A DNA stretch of 64,000 nt from Octopus vulgaris (Eukaryota), in the NCBI GenBank assembly GCA_951406725.2, contig OX597827.1, forward strand, positions 28,458,001 to 28,522,000, in the 5' to 3' direction. A program made the position numbers and the translations under genes. The notes below the pieces were generated by a model that saw only the letters and a list, made by a program, of their open reading frames with translations, was not told the DNA's origin and did not search any database. Positions 51,466 to 64,000 of the stretch are shown here, one piece after another. The stretch's first letter is position 1, and each line of letters opens with the position of its first letter.

Positions 51466-51996
51466 TGAGATCAGATCAAAAAATATCGGACCTTGTGCTA
51501 TAAAAACAAAACTATACACATATCAATTCGGCTTTTAATCTCTTTTGAAACTGTCCCCTTTCTGAAGTCACACATTTATCCAGCGTCGTCTCCATTGATT
51601 GAAGCATTCCTGCAATTTTTTGAGGGGATAGGGATCAGCAACCCGTCGCATTCTCTTGGATTTCCTCGATGCCTTGAAACCTTGTTAGGGGTCTTCCACT
51701 TGGAAGACTGAACCTAGATTCTGGGTCATAACCAGAAACCCACGATTCGTCACTTTTTATGACCGGTTTGAAAAAGTATTTGTCTTCCTCGACATAGTCA
51801 AGGAGATCCTGCACAGCTGAAAACCGATCTTCGTTTTCAGACGACCACACTTTATACACTCTACTTCCAAGCATTGTTGCAAACAATGGAAGCGCGTAAG
51901 AACGTTATCATTTAGTGCAGCAGAATTCAGCGTCACTTGCCGTACTTTTATTCTGTTACCATAGCAACAGTCCTGATACTTTTTGATCAGACCTCG
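51466..51996 (-). mobile_element. Internally deleted mariner transposon
   Basis: TIRs ta-tgagatcagatcaaaaaatatc / gatactttttgatcagacctcg-ta; FFKPVIKSDESWVSGYDPES resembles the mariner ITGDESWV.YDPE motif. Confidence 0.8.
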
Positions 51997-52218
51997 TAGG
52001 GTTTAGAGAAACTCCTTTGAGATATTTGAGGGTCACATTTTGCTCCCAAGTCATTGTTCAAATAAGGGGATATAACTCTAATAAACGCATGGATCATATT
52101 CCGTTGAGACATTTAAACACATGATATAAGATAGGTTTCATGTATAACAAGAGAATTTCCAAAATGAGGGTCATAAGTGTACTCAAAGCACAGGTAAATC
52201 AAATAATTAGGGGTGTAT

Positions 52219-52435
52219 AAGGCGGCGAGGTGGCAGAACCGTTACCGTGCCGGAAAACGTTTTGTAGCATTTCGTCCGTCTTTACGTTCTAAGTTCAATT
52301 TCCGTTAAGCTCGAACTTTGCATTTCATCCTCTCTGCATCGATAAAATAAGTATCAGTTGAGCCGTGGAGTCGATTTAATCGACTTAAATCCTCCCCCGA
52401 TATTACTGGCCTTGTGTCAAGATTTGAAAGCAATA
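52219..52435 (+). mobile_element. SINE with a Meta-domain-like core; also 54150-54330, 56395-56605, 63398-63627
   Basis: ggcggcgag.tggcagaa head; core cgactttgcctttcatcc..gtcgataaa.taagtaccag shared among copies. Confidence 0.75.
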
Positions 52436-52510
52436 TTTAAGAGTATAATACTGATGAAAAAGAAGTATGCATTTGAAATGGGAACTATATTAAACATGAA
52501 AGTAAGAATA

Positions 52511-52640
52511 TACAGTAATCCCTCGCCATATCGCGGTTCACCTATCGCACACTCAGTATATCGCGGTTTATCTATCGCACACTCAGTACATCGTGGTTTA
52601 TCTATTGCGCACGCAGTACATCGCGAATTTTTGTGGCTAA
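52511..52640 (+). mobile_element. pogo/Tigger-like MITE end with three 30-bp subterminal tandem repeats
   Basis: ta-cagtaatccctcg terminus, then (atatcgcggtt.a.ctatcgcacactcagt) x3; the motif resumes after 53140. Confidence 0.55.
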
Positions 52641-52644
52641 TATA

Positions 52645-53137
52645 CAAGGTTATTTAAAAAGAATGAACCGATTTCATTACGCAACATTTTAATAAGGAAA
52701 AGCAATAGAATACTCCAGCTAAGTCACAAGTATTTACTTACAATCAACTTTTATTTCCTGTCTTACAAGGGTTCAATGTGGCCACAGCATATCAGAAGCA
52801 AGTTCATTATGGAACCAGAGAATAAGTTTGAGTTGCTTGAGGCGATTCCAGAAGATATCGACATAGAAAGGAAATGGAAAAACTTCGATAAAGCATTCAA
52901 CCAGACAGCCAAAGAAGTACTCAGTGGATCGTGGTATGCTGATACACATCTAGGAGGAATTCTCTTATCGCATTGATGTTCCCCGTGCTGCAGGTGGTGG
53001 CCACATTGAACACTTGTAAGACAAGAAATAAAAGTTGATTGTAAGCAAATACTTGTGGCTTAGCTGGAGTTTTCTATTGCTTTTCCTTATTAAAATATTG
53101 CGTAATGAAATCGGTTCATTCTTTTTGAATAACCCTG
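52645..53137. mobile_element. Tc1/mariner-type MITE with ~140-bp TIRs and TA target duplication
   Basis: ta-caaggttatttaaaaagaatgaaccg ... cggttcattctttttgaataaccctg-ta. Confidence 0.85.
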
Positions 53138-55233
53138 TATGTAAAGTTATAGCGCGGACTCCTCAGCATATCGCGGGTTTCTGTGGTTACCAGGTATTTA
53201 TATTTTTTATTAGATTTTAATTATTTTTGTGGGAGGTTTTGGAACATTTTTCGGAAGTGGAACATTCGTCGACGTAACCTACGAAGTTCCAGTTTGCAAG
53301 TTGTTATGTAGAAATATAAAATTTCAATATGTGACAGTGACATTTGAATCTCGAGCATCTGGTTTATTAAAATTCTTCGGCGTCTTAAGAAACATATATC
53401 TTGTCTAACGGTGGTCTGTACTTGGGTAGATCCAGATCTTTTGCGCACGATCTGGGAGGGCTCGTACTATCTCATGCAGCTGTTAAGTAGATTACTGGAA
53501 TTTCGTCTTACACGACTAAACTTGGGATGAACAGTAGAATGGTTTCCTGTTGTTTCCTCCAGAAAGGTGGGATTTGAATTCGGGAATGTAGAGAGCAAGA
53601 ATTTACACCGCAAAGCATCGCTGCCAAAGCGCCAATGATTCTGTCATTGCCCCACTCGCAGAGCAACGTGAGACGAAGCGTTTTGCTCATAATTAAAACG
53701 CTCCACCCAGTCTGAGAATTGAGCTTACGATCTAACAATCGCGAGTGAAATGTCACAACCACAGGACCACGCATTTGCACTGAACTATATATCTGTATCC
53801 CTTATATTTTAATCATAATGCGTTTCATGACATAACGAAAAGAACAAAAGGAAATCATTATGTGATTTTCATTTTTATTCATATCAGTAAAAATGCGGTG
53901 AGAAAAAACTTATCCGGTTTGCATTGGACATTGAAAGAGAAAACCTTCAACACCTGACTGGTCCTTCAACCACGTTCACTCTGCCTGTTTTGTCAACCAC
54001 CGACGTTCGACACCACTTTCGGATTCGTTCCCGTCAACAACTGTTGCACAAACAATGCATCCTCTTTCCTCTTCCTTATCTCTTTTAATCATTCGCACTA
54101 TGTGTTCTTTTAGTTTTCGTTTGTTTTTATTTTTTTCATTTTCCAGTTCAGCAACAAGTTGTTAGCGCACCGGACAAAATGCTACGCGTCAGTTCTTCTG
54201 ACCCTACGGTCTGAGTTCAAATACATTTCCTCTTTTCCCGATCGATGAAGTAAGTACTAGTTGACTACTGGGACCGATGTTATAGATTTCCCCTGCCCGA
54301 CCACTAAATTTGCTGGCTTGTACTAAAAGTGCAGTGTTAAACAACTGCAAAGCAGCTCTGAAAGCTTCATAATATTTACTTCTACAAAATTTCTATAAAT
54401 TCTTAAATCAGTATTGAAAGCTACGATGTTTCGTATGCGAATACATCTATATAAACAATGCGATCGAAGATAGGAAAAATAGGTAGTGGGTGTAGATCCA
54501 CATTTCTAGAGTTATTGCTCTTTCATCAGTACCACAATCAACCCGTCAATCATCCATGAATGCATTGCTTAAATACCCGCTAAGTTAGCCAGGTGAATAT
54601 TAAAGTTTACTCTTTGCATTGTGTTGTAACAACAGAACGATAAGAATCTTTGTATTGTAGCTACTAAACGGCAACACTTCACTGCTTGTGTTTTAGTTAC
54701 AGAACTACATTAACGTTATATCTACATACTTTGGACCGAAATAATCTGAATATTTCAAATTTTACAGTAGAAAAACTCACTTCTCGAAATCTGCAAGCTT
54801 TTTCTCAGATGTATGAAGGACGAGAGTCAAAATGAAATGAATAGAATGCAACCAGAATTGGATTCTAAACCGAATCACGGAATCGGTTCACCAGGAAAAT
54901 CGTCGTCTATGGCTTTGATTGTGAGCGAATCATTTGTGATTATGTTAATATGTATTGATTTTTATTTTTAGTCAGGAACAAGTCCGCAAATTTTTAGGCT
55001 AGCGGAATGAGATTGTGTTTTTCTCATGGGTATTAACGATGTAACTGAAGTTAATCGAACATTGCTGATCTGACAATATATCGGGAATTCCCATTATCAA
55101 TAGAGCGGATAAATTCAACCATCTGGACAGAATTATATCACTTAGAGACCTGCTGTTTTACCATTCAATGAAATTTGGGGAATAAATTCCATTATGTCAT
55201 TCTGCAGAATTGACATACGTCTCTTTCAGTTAA

Positions 55234-55280
<47 letters not shown>

Positions 55281-55421
55281 TCTTTAATAGAATGGCAAAA
55301 TTTTGTACAAATCACACAGTGAATCAGTGAACTGTCTCTCTCTCTTTCTCTGTCCCTTTGTCTCTCCTTTTCAAAATATCTCTGCTGTTTATTGTTAAAC
55401 CTGGAAGTGTTAAATCTAAGG

Positions 55422-55612
55422 CAGTGGTTCTCATCAATTTTAACATCCATGCCACATCCCAAACCTGGATTTTGTTAGGGGCCTGCACCAAAAAAAAATA
55501 AATAAAAGCACGAGTCAATCAAGGAAAAGTATGGACGGAACATCACCCAGGACTGCCGGAAGGATATTTGAGGGCCACATGTAACCATGAGAACCGCGAT
55601 GGAGAACCGCTT
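55422..55612. mobile_element. Possible hAT-Charlie-type MITE
   Basis: cagtggttctc ... gagaaccgct termini with subterminal gggccaca; target duplication only partial. Confidence 0.5.
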
Positions 55613-56631
55613 ATCGAAAACTTATTCAACTTAAGACCTATTGTCCTTGAGCGCTTAACTCCTATAAAACTGCACTAGAACCGCTGCTGCTTGGAATGTA
55701 TCTCAGTTATTTTAAAAGTCACGGTCTCATTCCTCTCTAGGCCTGAACACAGCTGTTTCTTCCCAGAGCGATTATGTTTATAAAGAGAAGAATAATCGAC
55801 TTAAGTATTGAACTGCTACTTTATTCATCGAAAGTGGAGCTAAAGTTGATTTCAGTAGGAAGGGGTCCTAGAATAGCGATGGTTATGGGAAGTTGTTTAC
55901 ATCTTTAGCATGTAATAATTGCCGATATAGACACTCGTTGGTTGATTCTTCATTCACACTTTACGTTGTATGTTAAAAGACAGAGATAAATAAAGCGATA
56001 GAGAGAGAGAGAAAGAGAGAGTAAGAAAGAGCGATGAAGAGAGGGTTAGCATAAGAGAGGAGAGATGAGTGCATATACTAGGCTTGGTGCAGGCAATGTG
56101 TAAAGGAACACTATACAGAGAGAAAAGCTCATAGATAGATGAGGAGGAGAGGGAGGAGAAGGAGGAGAGCAGTGGTATTCGTGGTGGTGGTGGTAATGAT
56201 GGTGTTTTGGTGGTGGTTTTGGTGGTGGTGGTGGTGGTGGTGGTATCGGTGGTGGTGGTGGAGCTAGTTGGCTACAGTTGCAGAAGGGTCTGCATTTCTT
56301 TTCCACTCCTGCATTGGTCGCTAGACATTCACTAACTCTTATAAATAAGTGTGTATGTGTGTATATTTATATTAATTGCTATGTGTATGCTTATAAGATG
56401 GTGAGCTGGCAGAATCGGACACCGAACGAAATAATTAGCAGTACTTTGACCATCGCTACGTCCTGAGTTCAAATTTAGCCGAGGTCGACTTTGCCTTTCA
56501 TCATTTCAGTGTCAATAGATTAAGTACCAGTTGCGTACTGAGGTCGATCTAATCCACTTGCCCTCTGCCCAAACATTTCGGGCCTTGTGCTTAAAGTAGA
56601 AAAAAATATGTAAGCATATATATATATATAA

Positions 56632-56662
<31 letters not shown>

Positions 56663-56668
56663 TGTATG

Positions 56669-56747
<79 letters not shown>

Positions 56748-57074
56748 AGGCTGGTGCAAAAGTTTGGACTCATAGGCAATTTATTATATAAAACTTTAAG
56801 GTTTACAATAAGTGTTCAAACTGATTTCCACCTTCTTCCAAACACTTCCTTACTCGGGGGAGACATGATCTTTGCACATTTCTGACCATAGAGTTATTAC
56901 CTCTTATGGTTTCAATTATGCTTATTCTTTGTATGCCTAGAACTTATACTATCGGTCTCTCTTGCCGAACTCTAAGTTACGGGGATGTAAACACACAAAC
57001 ATCAGTGATGTTGGGGAACAAACACAGACACACAAACATACACATATACGTATATACATACATACATACATACA

Positions 57075-57108
<34 letters not shown>

Positions 57109-57179
57109 GAAATGGCAAGACAACAAGAGAATGAAAGAAACGTCGATATTATGTAAATAGAGGACTTTATCTGTAAATA

Positions 57180-57387
57180 TAATATGTGACACTTATTCGG
57201 TAGCCATGATAAAACTCCGAGTTTCGGATGTCGGGGCGGAAACCCACGCCGGCATCTCTTCAGTTATCGGGCATTTCATAGCTTTTTTCCGATGGTCCGA
57301 TAACTGAAGAGATGCCGGCGTGGGTTTCCGCTCCGACATCCGAAACTCGGAGTTTTATCATGGCTACCGAATAATTGCTACATATAT
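57180..57387. mobile_element. Short fold-back element, 78-bp arms with one mismatch
   Basis: 57193-57270 versus 57297-57374. Confidence 0.9.
57299..57359 (+). ncRNA. Type I hammerhead motif, canonical core; mirror copy on the minus strand at 57208-57268
   Basis: gataa-CTGAAGA-gatgccgg(..)ccgacatc-c-GAAA-ctcggag-T-T-ttatc. Confidence 0.7.
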
Positions 57388-57396
57388 TTATACACA

Positions 57397-57471
<75 letters not shown>

Positions 57472-57593
57472 CGTACGTAGTTCCAAATAGGCTTCATAAT
57501 TTCTTGCATGCACCAAAAGGGAAAAAAAGTTGTAGTGATTAATGGAAATGTGAATCATCAGCTTCAAACGAATACATTCACACAGATTTATAT

Positions 57594-57626
<33 letters not shown>

Positions 57627-58571
57627 ATACACATACATACTCTACTCCATGTATAGTGTATTTTCGTCAGTCGATATAACTAAACATGTACAATCACCCC
57701 GCAAACATACACAATCACACACACACATACGTACACTATACACACATACACTATACACACACACACACGCGCACACACACACACACAGAGGTTCATATCT
57801 TTCAAAATAACCCATTTTTTCCTTACAACATTTTCTATCACCTGGCAAAATTTCTAACATTACCTATTTTAAATATCTCCCTGACAACGTTTCTTTTCAC
57901 GAATTACGATTTATTTACTTTTATTTTATTTTATCCTTCTTGTTTTGTTGTGTTGTTTTTGTCGCTGTTGCCGCTGCTGCTGCTGCTGCTACCACCGCCT
58001 TTGCTGTTGCCGCTGCTGTTACCGCCGCCACCGTTGTTGCTGCTGTTGTTGTTTCATTTTCTTCTCTATTATAATTTCGTAATGTACTTGTTATTTCAAG
58101 CTAAGTAAACAGATTTATGGAAATCCTTAAACTTCCCCTAAGCCTCAACTCCCCTCCCTCTCTCTCCCTCCCCGTCTTTCTCTCTTTCTCTCTCTCCCTC
58201 TTTCTCTCACTTAATCTTCTTGTTTCGATCTCTTCGTGTTTACCCTTTTCTATCACCCTCTTTTTCTCTCTTTTACTCCCACTCTCGTTTTTTTATCTCT
58301 TTCATTCGCAGTCTTGTTGCTTCTCTTTTTATCTTCTCTCACTCTTTCCACTTCACTCCCTCCCTCTCCCTTTCTCTCTCCCTCTCTCTCTGTTTATCTC
58401 TTTTTACCCATCAACTCTTTCTTTTCACACTATGCATCAGAATGAAAAAAATAATAAAATAAAATATAACACCAGAACTCTTGATGATTCGAAGAGATTA
58501 AATTAGAAATAATTTTATTATTTTAATCAATCTATACTTTTAGTTTTTGCTTTATTTGTGAAATATTGCAC

Positions 58572-58622
<51 letters not shown>

Positions 58623-58658
58623 CATTATTTCTATTATTATTATTATTATTATTATTAC

Positions 58659-58718
<60 letters not shown>

Positions 58719-60149
58719 CGATGTTGGTGTCATTGTTGCTACAATTGTTATTATTGACGTTGTTTATTCATTACTAATATTCATTACTAATATTTTGTTA
58801 TTGCTGTTTTAGTTGTTACCATCATTATTATTAGGTATTGCTGTGGCAAGACGACTTGTTTTGCTTCGCTTTCATTATTTTGGATTTTTATCAAGTGAAA
58901 CTACTTTGAATCCTTGTTAGAAGTATCTTCTACAAAAAGAATGTTCTGTGGATCTTCTCCCCAGCCGGTGAGAGACTTTAATTTGTGAAATCGAAAATTT
59001 TCTTTGCACTCGTAAATTAACAGCCAGAAGCGCACAAGTTTATGAACGGAGGCATAAACGCTTTTACCAACATGAAACGATAAATTATGGAGATTTAATT
59101 TTTCGACAGAGACACGTATTTCATAATTTGTAAAACATATCGATTTTCTAACAGAAAATAACATTGTTATGAACAATGTAAATGACACGAATCACGCTGA
59201 CAACAACAAACACACATTTTACCACATTAAAAGAATGAGTAACAAAATATTAAAATAAAAACAAGTGCCCCAGCATGGCCACAGCTCGTGAGCTGAAACT
59301 AGATGAAATAAAATTTTAAAAAACCTATCTAATGTAAACAGAGACCCCAAAAATAGTGAATAAGTGAATAAAGTCTGCTTGGTATTGCTATTTTACAAGG
59401 ACAGGTGCATCTCTACTCTAGTCATTTATGAAACCACGAAAAAGAAAAGAATAACGTCAATCAGTAACTCGAAAGTAACATTGGCCTTCCTCGTGCTTAT
59501 GAATAGCCATTTGGTCGAGGTGTAAAAGCCATCTGTCCCACCAGAAATGATAAATGGATGTCTGTTGCAGGAGGCATATATTCATCCTATGACCCGTATT
59601 GGTTAGCTAGGAAGAGATCTTACCCTTCATGGTCAAAGCGTGATCACAATATTTCCACGATTAACACTGGTCCTTATGATGGGGACATTTCTTCTTTACT
59701 GACTACTTTTGTTGCTTTCTTTCATTTTTTGTTTCCATGTAAAATCTTTACTATTCTGTGTTTTGACCTTGCATTTCGACCTTTCAGGCATTTAAATAAA
59801 TTCTTCTTCTTCTTCTTCTTCTTCTTCTTCTTCTTCTTCTTCTTCTTCTTCTTCTTCTTCTTCTTCTTCTCACATTCTCCTCTTCCTACTACTACTACTA
59901 CTACCACCACCACCACGACAACCGTCACCACCACAACCACATCAGTAGATCGTAGGAATAGTAGCCGAGGGAGAACTCAAACATACACAGTCGACGAAAT
60001 GTATTCATGCGTACACATGTACAGGTGCATAAGTATAGCAAGGTATTACTGAACCTATACTCAAGTAAACATGCATTCATACAATTACAATACAATACAA
60101 TATACATACAAGCACACATATGTCTATATATATATTTATAATATATATA

Positions 60150-61047
60150 TATGAAATTTAGAGGACTGACCACTAAAAAATGGACAACCTATATGCTAGA
60201 TATAGACGTGAAATTCGCCATTTTCTACGAGGAATGTGTTCTTAAGGAAAAAAAATTCAGCAAAAAAAGAAACAAAGTGTAAAAATAAGCAAGACAAATG
60301 AAAATATACGAAATAAAAAAACCATTACCTATGTACTAGTCCGGAAAATAGCGATTTTGACGTCTATATCTAGCATATCGGCTGTCCCTTTTTTTAGTGT
60401 TCAGTCCTCTAAATTTTGTATGAAAAAAATTTTAATCTTCGGATTTTTTAAAATATGCTAGGCCACTGGGTTTAATTCATTAATATCAATTTCTGCCCTT
60501 ATTTAATTTTAAATTTAAAAAAATGTTCTCTAGCCGGTAAATTGACTGCTGTAGTTTATTAACTGCAAAGTAATTTCCGATTTCAGTGCGCCAAGGTGAA
60601 GGCATTTGAAAGATACACATAAATATAATTTGTTGAACTTTATACATGCTGGATTTCGGTCGAGCGTTCTGTGTCTAGTTCTGGAAATAATGTTTTATAA
60701 ACGACAGACAATGCTGATGATCTTGCAGATGTTTGCGTATCCATATACGTAAATATTAACAAATGAAAATAATTAGTACATAATTAATCGTTTTTTTATT
60801 TCGTATATTTTCATTTGTCTTGCTTATTTTTACACTTTGATTTTTTGCTGAATTTTTTTCTTGAGGACACATTCTTCGTGGAAAATGGTGATTTTGACGT
60901 CTATATCTAGCATATAGGCTGTCCATTTTTTTAGTGGTCAGTCCTCTAAATTTTGTATGAAAACATTTAATCTTCGAATTTTTTAAAATATGCTAGGCCA
61001 CTGGTTTTAATTGATTAATATCAATTTCTACCCTTATTATTTAATTT

Positions 61048-61050
<3 letters not shown>
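60150..61050. mobile_element. Element in (TA)n combining a ~185-bp inverted repeat and a ~165-bp direct repeat
   Basis: IR 60153-60340 / 60775-60955; DR 60345-60515 / 60880-61050. Confidence 0.8.
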
Positions 61051-61086
<36 letters not shown>

Positions 61087-61305
61087 ATATATATATAATA
61101 TATATATAATATATATATGATATATGATATATATATATATAATATATATATTATATAATTTGTATGCATATATATATACACACACAGAAACACACCCATC
61201 CATTCATACACACATACATAAATGCGTGTCTTTTGTGCATGAGCTGATCATCCACAAAGACATTCACACATTAATTCAAAAACCAATCAATATGCATATG
61301 CAACA

Positions 61306-61350
<45 letters not shown>

Positions 61351-61977
61351 CATATGTATATATTTGTGTATGTTTATTCATGTACCATATACACGTACAT
61401 ATCGTGTTCAAACATCAGTCTGCACACGTTTACATACTGAGATATGTCGTTACGTATCCATGAATGGTAATCGAAATGAATTAATATTATATTAGGTGAT
61501 AAGGTAAGGCAATGTATTGAAGTGATAATCGATACGAGAACGTAAATAGCTGTCTGAGACAACTTCGAAATCATGGCGAAATGTCGTATCACGGAAGTGA
61601 GTCGTGAAAGAATAGTGTCGAAGACTATAAAAAGGAGGGAGAGGGAGGGAAAATTAGAGGGGTGGGAAGAAATATAAGATATGAGTGTGTACGTGTGTGT
61701 GTGTGTGTGTAAACATATGTTTATGTTAGAGAAGTGCACGAGTGTAGCACTCGTATGTATGTATGTACGTACGTATGTATGTGTGTATGTTTATGTATAT
61801 TTATGTGTGCTTAGTGTGTGTATGTGTGAGCGTGCATACAAAAGAGAGAGAGAGAGAGAGAGAAAGAGAGATAATGCGAAATATGATAGATACAGGCATA
61901 ATGGAAGACTAACAAATATGTGTGTGTGTAGAAATAGAAATATATGCATACAGTTGGATAGATAAATAGATCGACAC

Positions 61978-62024
<47 letters not shown>

Positions 62025-62039
62025 GCATATAATTATATG

Positions 62040-62123
<84 letters not shown>

Positions 62124-62269
62124 TATATTAATATGTATGTATGCATGTATTCATGTATTATATGTTTGTGGATAAATAGATAGATAGATAGACACGTAGA
62201 TTTTCGCGCTCATGAAATCACACGTAGATTGAAATACGCATATGAACAGGAAATGAGCAAGACTGGCTC

Positions 62270-63260
62270 AGAGAGAGAAAGAGAGAGAGAGAGCGAAGAA
62301 TGAGAGAGAAGAAAGAGAAAAGTCAGAAAAGGAAGTCAGAGAGAAGCAGAGCATGATAGAGAGAGGAGGCAGAACGTGAGAGAATGTGCGGGAGAGAGTG
62401 CTGACTGTGGAGAACGGAGAGTACGAGAGAAGAGAGCCGTTAGAAATAGAAATGTGGAATTATAGGAGATGAGTAGGGTTTTGACAAATTAAAGAGAGAA
62501 AGAAAAGGAAGGGGACAGAGGTGGGGTGGGGGTAGAGTTTAGGGACAAAGTGAAGGGCGAGTAGAAAATATGGTAGAGAAGAGGAAGTGCAAATAAAGGG
62601 TGATAGGTAAAGAAAACCGAGGGATAAAATAATGTCGTTGGGAGATAAGATGAGGACGAGTGGGAGTGGGAGTTAAGGAGATCGAGAAAGAGAGAAAGAG
62701 AGTGCGACGAGAGAGAGAGAGAGAGAGAAAAGGGGAAGCAGAGAGAAAAAGAAAAGACGAACAAATGAAAGAGAGAGGAAGCAAAGAGAGCATGCGAGAG
62801 AGAAGAGATAACGAGCGAGCGAGAGAGGGAGAGAGAGAGGGAGAGGAAGAGATACAGAGGGAGAAACGGGGAAAAGGAGAGGGAGAGTTAAAGAGAGAGG
62901 GAATATACAGATGGAAAGAGAGAGAGAGAGAGAGAGGAAGCAAAAAGATATAGAGAGAGGGAAGGGAGAGATTGTGAGAGAGGGAAAAAGGTTTGGGAAA
63001 AGACAAACAGAAGATTGATGGAATGAGATAGATGTAAAGATGAAGAAGAGAAAAAGTGATAGGAATAAGAAGAAATGATGCGTTTAGACGATAAGTTATG
63101 GTTGAGAGGAGAAGATTGAAATGAAAAAAATGAAAATATTTTGGTGAGAGAAAATTTTAAGGATGACGAGAAGTTTTTTTTCAAAGAAAGACGAAATGAT
63201 AGAGGTGGGACGAGGAAATGATAAGGGTTGCAGGGAATATAGAAGGATACAAGGATAGTC
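62270..63260. repeat. Purine-rich degenerate (GA)n low-complexity region
   Basis: Visible directly. Confidence 0.85.
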
Positions 63261-63274
63261 ACGATATCACGTGA

Positions 63275-63793
63275 TCGAGCAGATTATCGGATGGTGTTAT
63301 ACATCGCTGGTCACGACGTGATTTGCATTGTTTTAGCATTCGAATGATGCCACCCTGCGGGCTAGGAGAGCAGGCCAACATTCTCCACTGATCAGAAGGC
63401 GAGCTGGCAGAAACGTTAGCACGCCGGGCGAAATGCTAAGCGGTATTTCGTCTGCCGTTACATTCTGAGTTCAAATTCCGCCGAGATCGACTTTGCCTTT
63501 CATCCTTTCGGGGTCGATAAATTAAGTACCAGTTACGCACTGGGGTTGATGTAATCGACTTAATCCGTTTGTCTGTCCTTGTTTGTCCCCTCTATGTTTA
63601 GCCTCTTGTGGGCAATAAAGAAATAAGAAGGCTATTGTTTCGCTGTTACTCTTTTTTTCCAGCTGAGTGGACTGGAGTAATGTGAAATGAAATGTCTTGC
63701 TTCAGAACACGACGCAAAGCCCGCTCCAGGAATCGAACTCCTGATCAAGCGATCATCAGTGCACCAGCCTAACTACAAAGGTCACGCATCTTC
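63275..63793 (-). mobile_element. Older tRNA-SINE (minus strand) interrupted by a younger plus-strand SINE at 63398-63627
   Basis: 63655-63793 is the rc head/core shared with 19460; agaaggc occurs at both ends of the inner SINE. Confidence 0.7.
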
Positions 63794-64000
63794 ACATAGG
63801 GACAATAGAAATAGAAGATGAGTATGGAAGAAAGAAGTAAAGTTATGAAGGAGGAGACGTGGAAAGACGAAGGTGACAGCAAATATGGTGGAGAAAAGCG
63901 GAAATGCTAACAGAAAGAAAGGGAAATAGAATGGGCGAAAGAAAAATAATGGAGGAAGAAGAAATATAAGGAGGAGATGATGAAACCATGATGAGGGGAG

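Noticed and set aside
52528-52630. CRISPR-like 30-bp repeats
   Set aside because: Head-to-tail repeats with no spacers, in a eukaryotic context next to a transposon terminus
53728-53780. ANAWSCGCD peptide on the minus strand resembling an LRR C-terminal cap
   Set aside because: The frame stops within about 10 codons; likely chance
56744-56900. Tc1-like terminus tacaggctggtgcaaaagtttgg
   Set aside because: No partner TIR found in the window
62660-62953. ER-rich 97-aa ORF
   Set aside because: Translation of (GA)n low-complexity sequence

Overview
AT-rich, gene-poor eukaryotic DNA made almost entirely of microsatellites and transposable elements. The SINE families and repeat style suggest an octopus/cephalopod genome (inference). 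No host protein-coding gene is supportable, and most ORFs in the track are microsatellite artefacts. Main content: (1) two clusters of R4/Dong-clade non-LTR retrotransposons (RT + CCHC + restriction-like endonuclease) stacked in (TAA)n tracts at 21.3-28.0 kb and 31.9-42.2 kb, interleaved with an unexplained ~550-bp non-coding TAA-tailed element; (2) Penelope-like elements (Neptune-type RT/GIY-YIG, plus one N-terminal fragment); (3) a Tx1/L1-clade LINE in (CTAT)n, a CR1-like fragment, mariner derivatives, MITEs, a non-autonomous Helitron and many tRNA-derived SINEs. The most notable signal is a set of about a dozen minimal type-I hammerhead-ribozyme-like motifs with palindromic stem III. They sit at Penelope 3' ends and inside short fold-back elements, which carry one copy on each strand. 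Several have the conserved C3-G8 core pair replaced by a compensatory pair (G3-C8 or U3-A8). All ribozyme calls are by-eye motif fits and none is tested.
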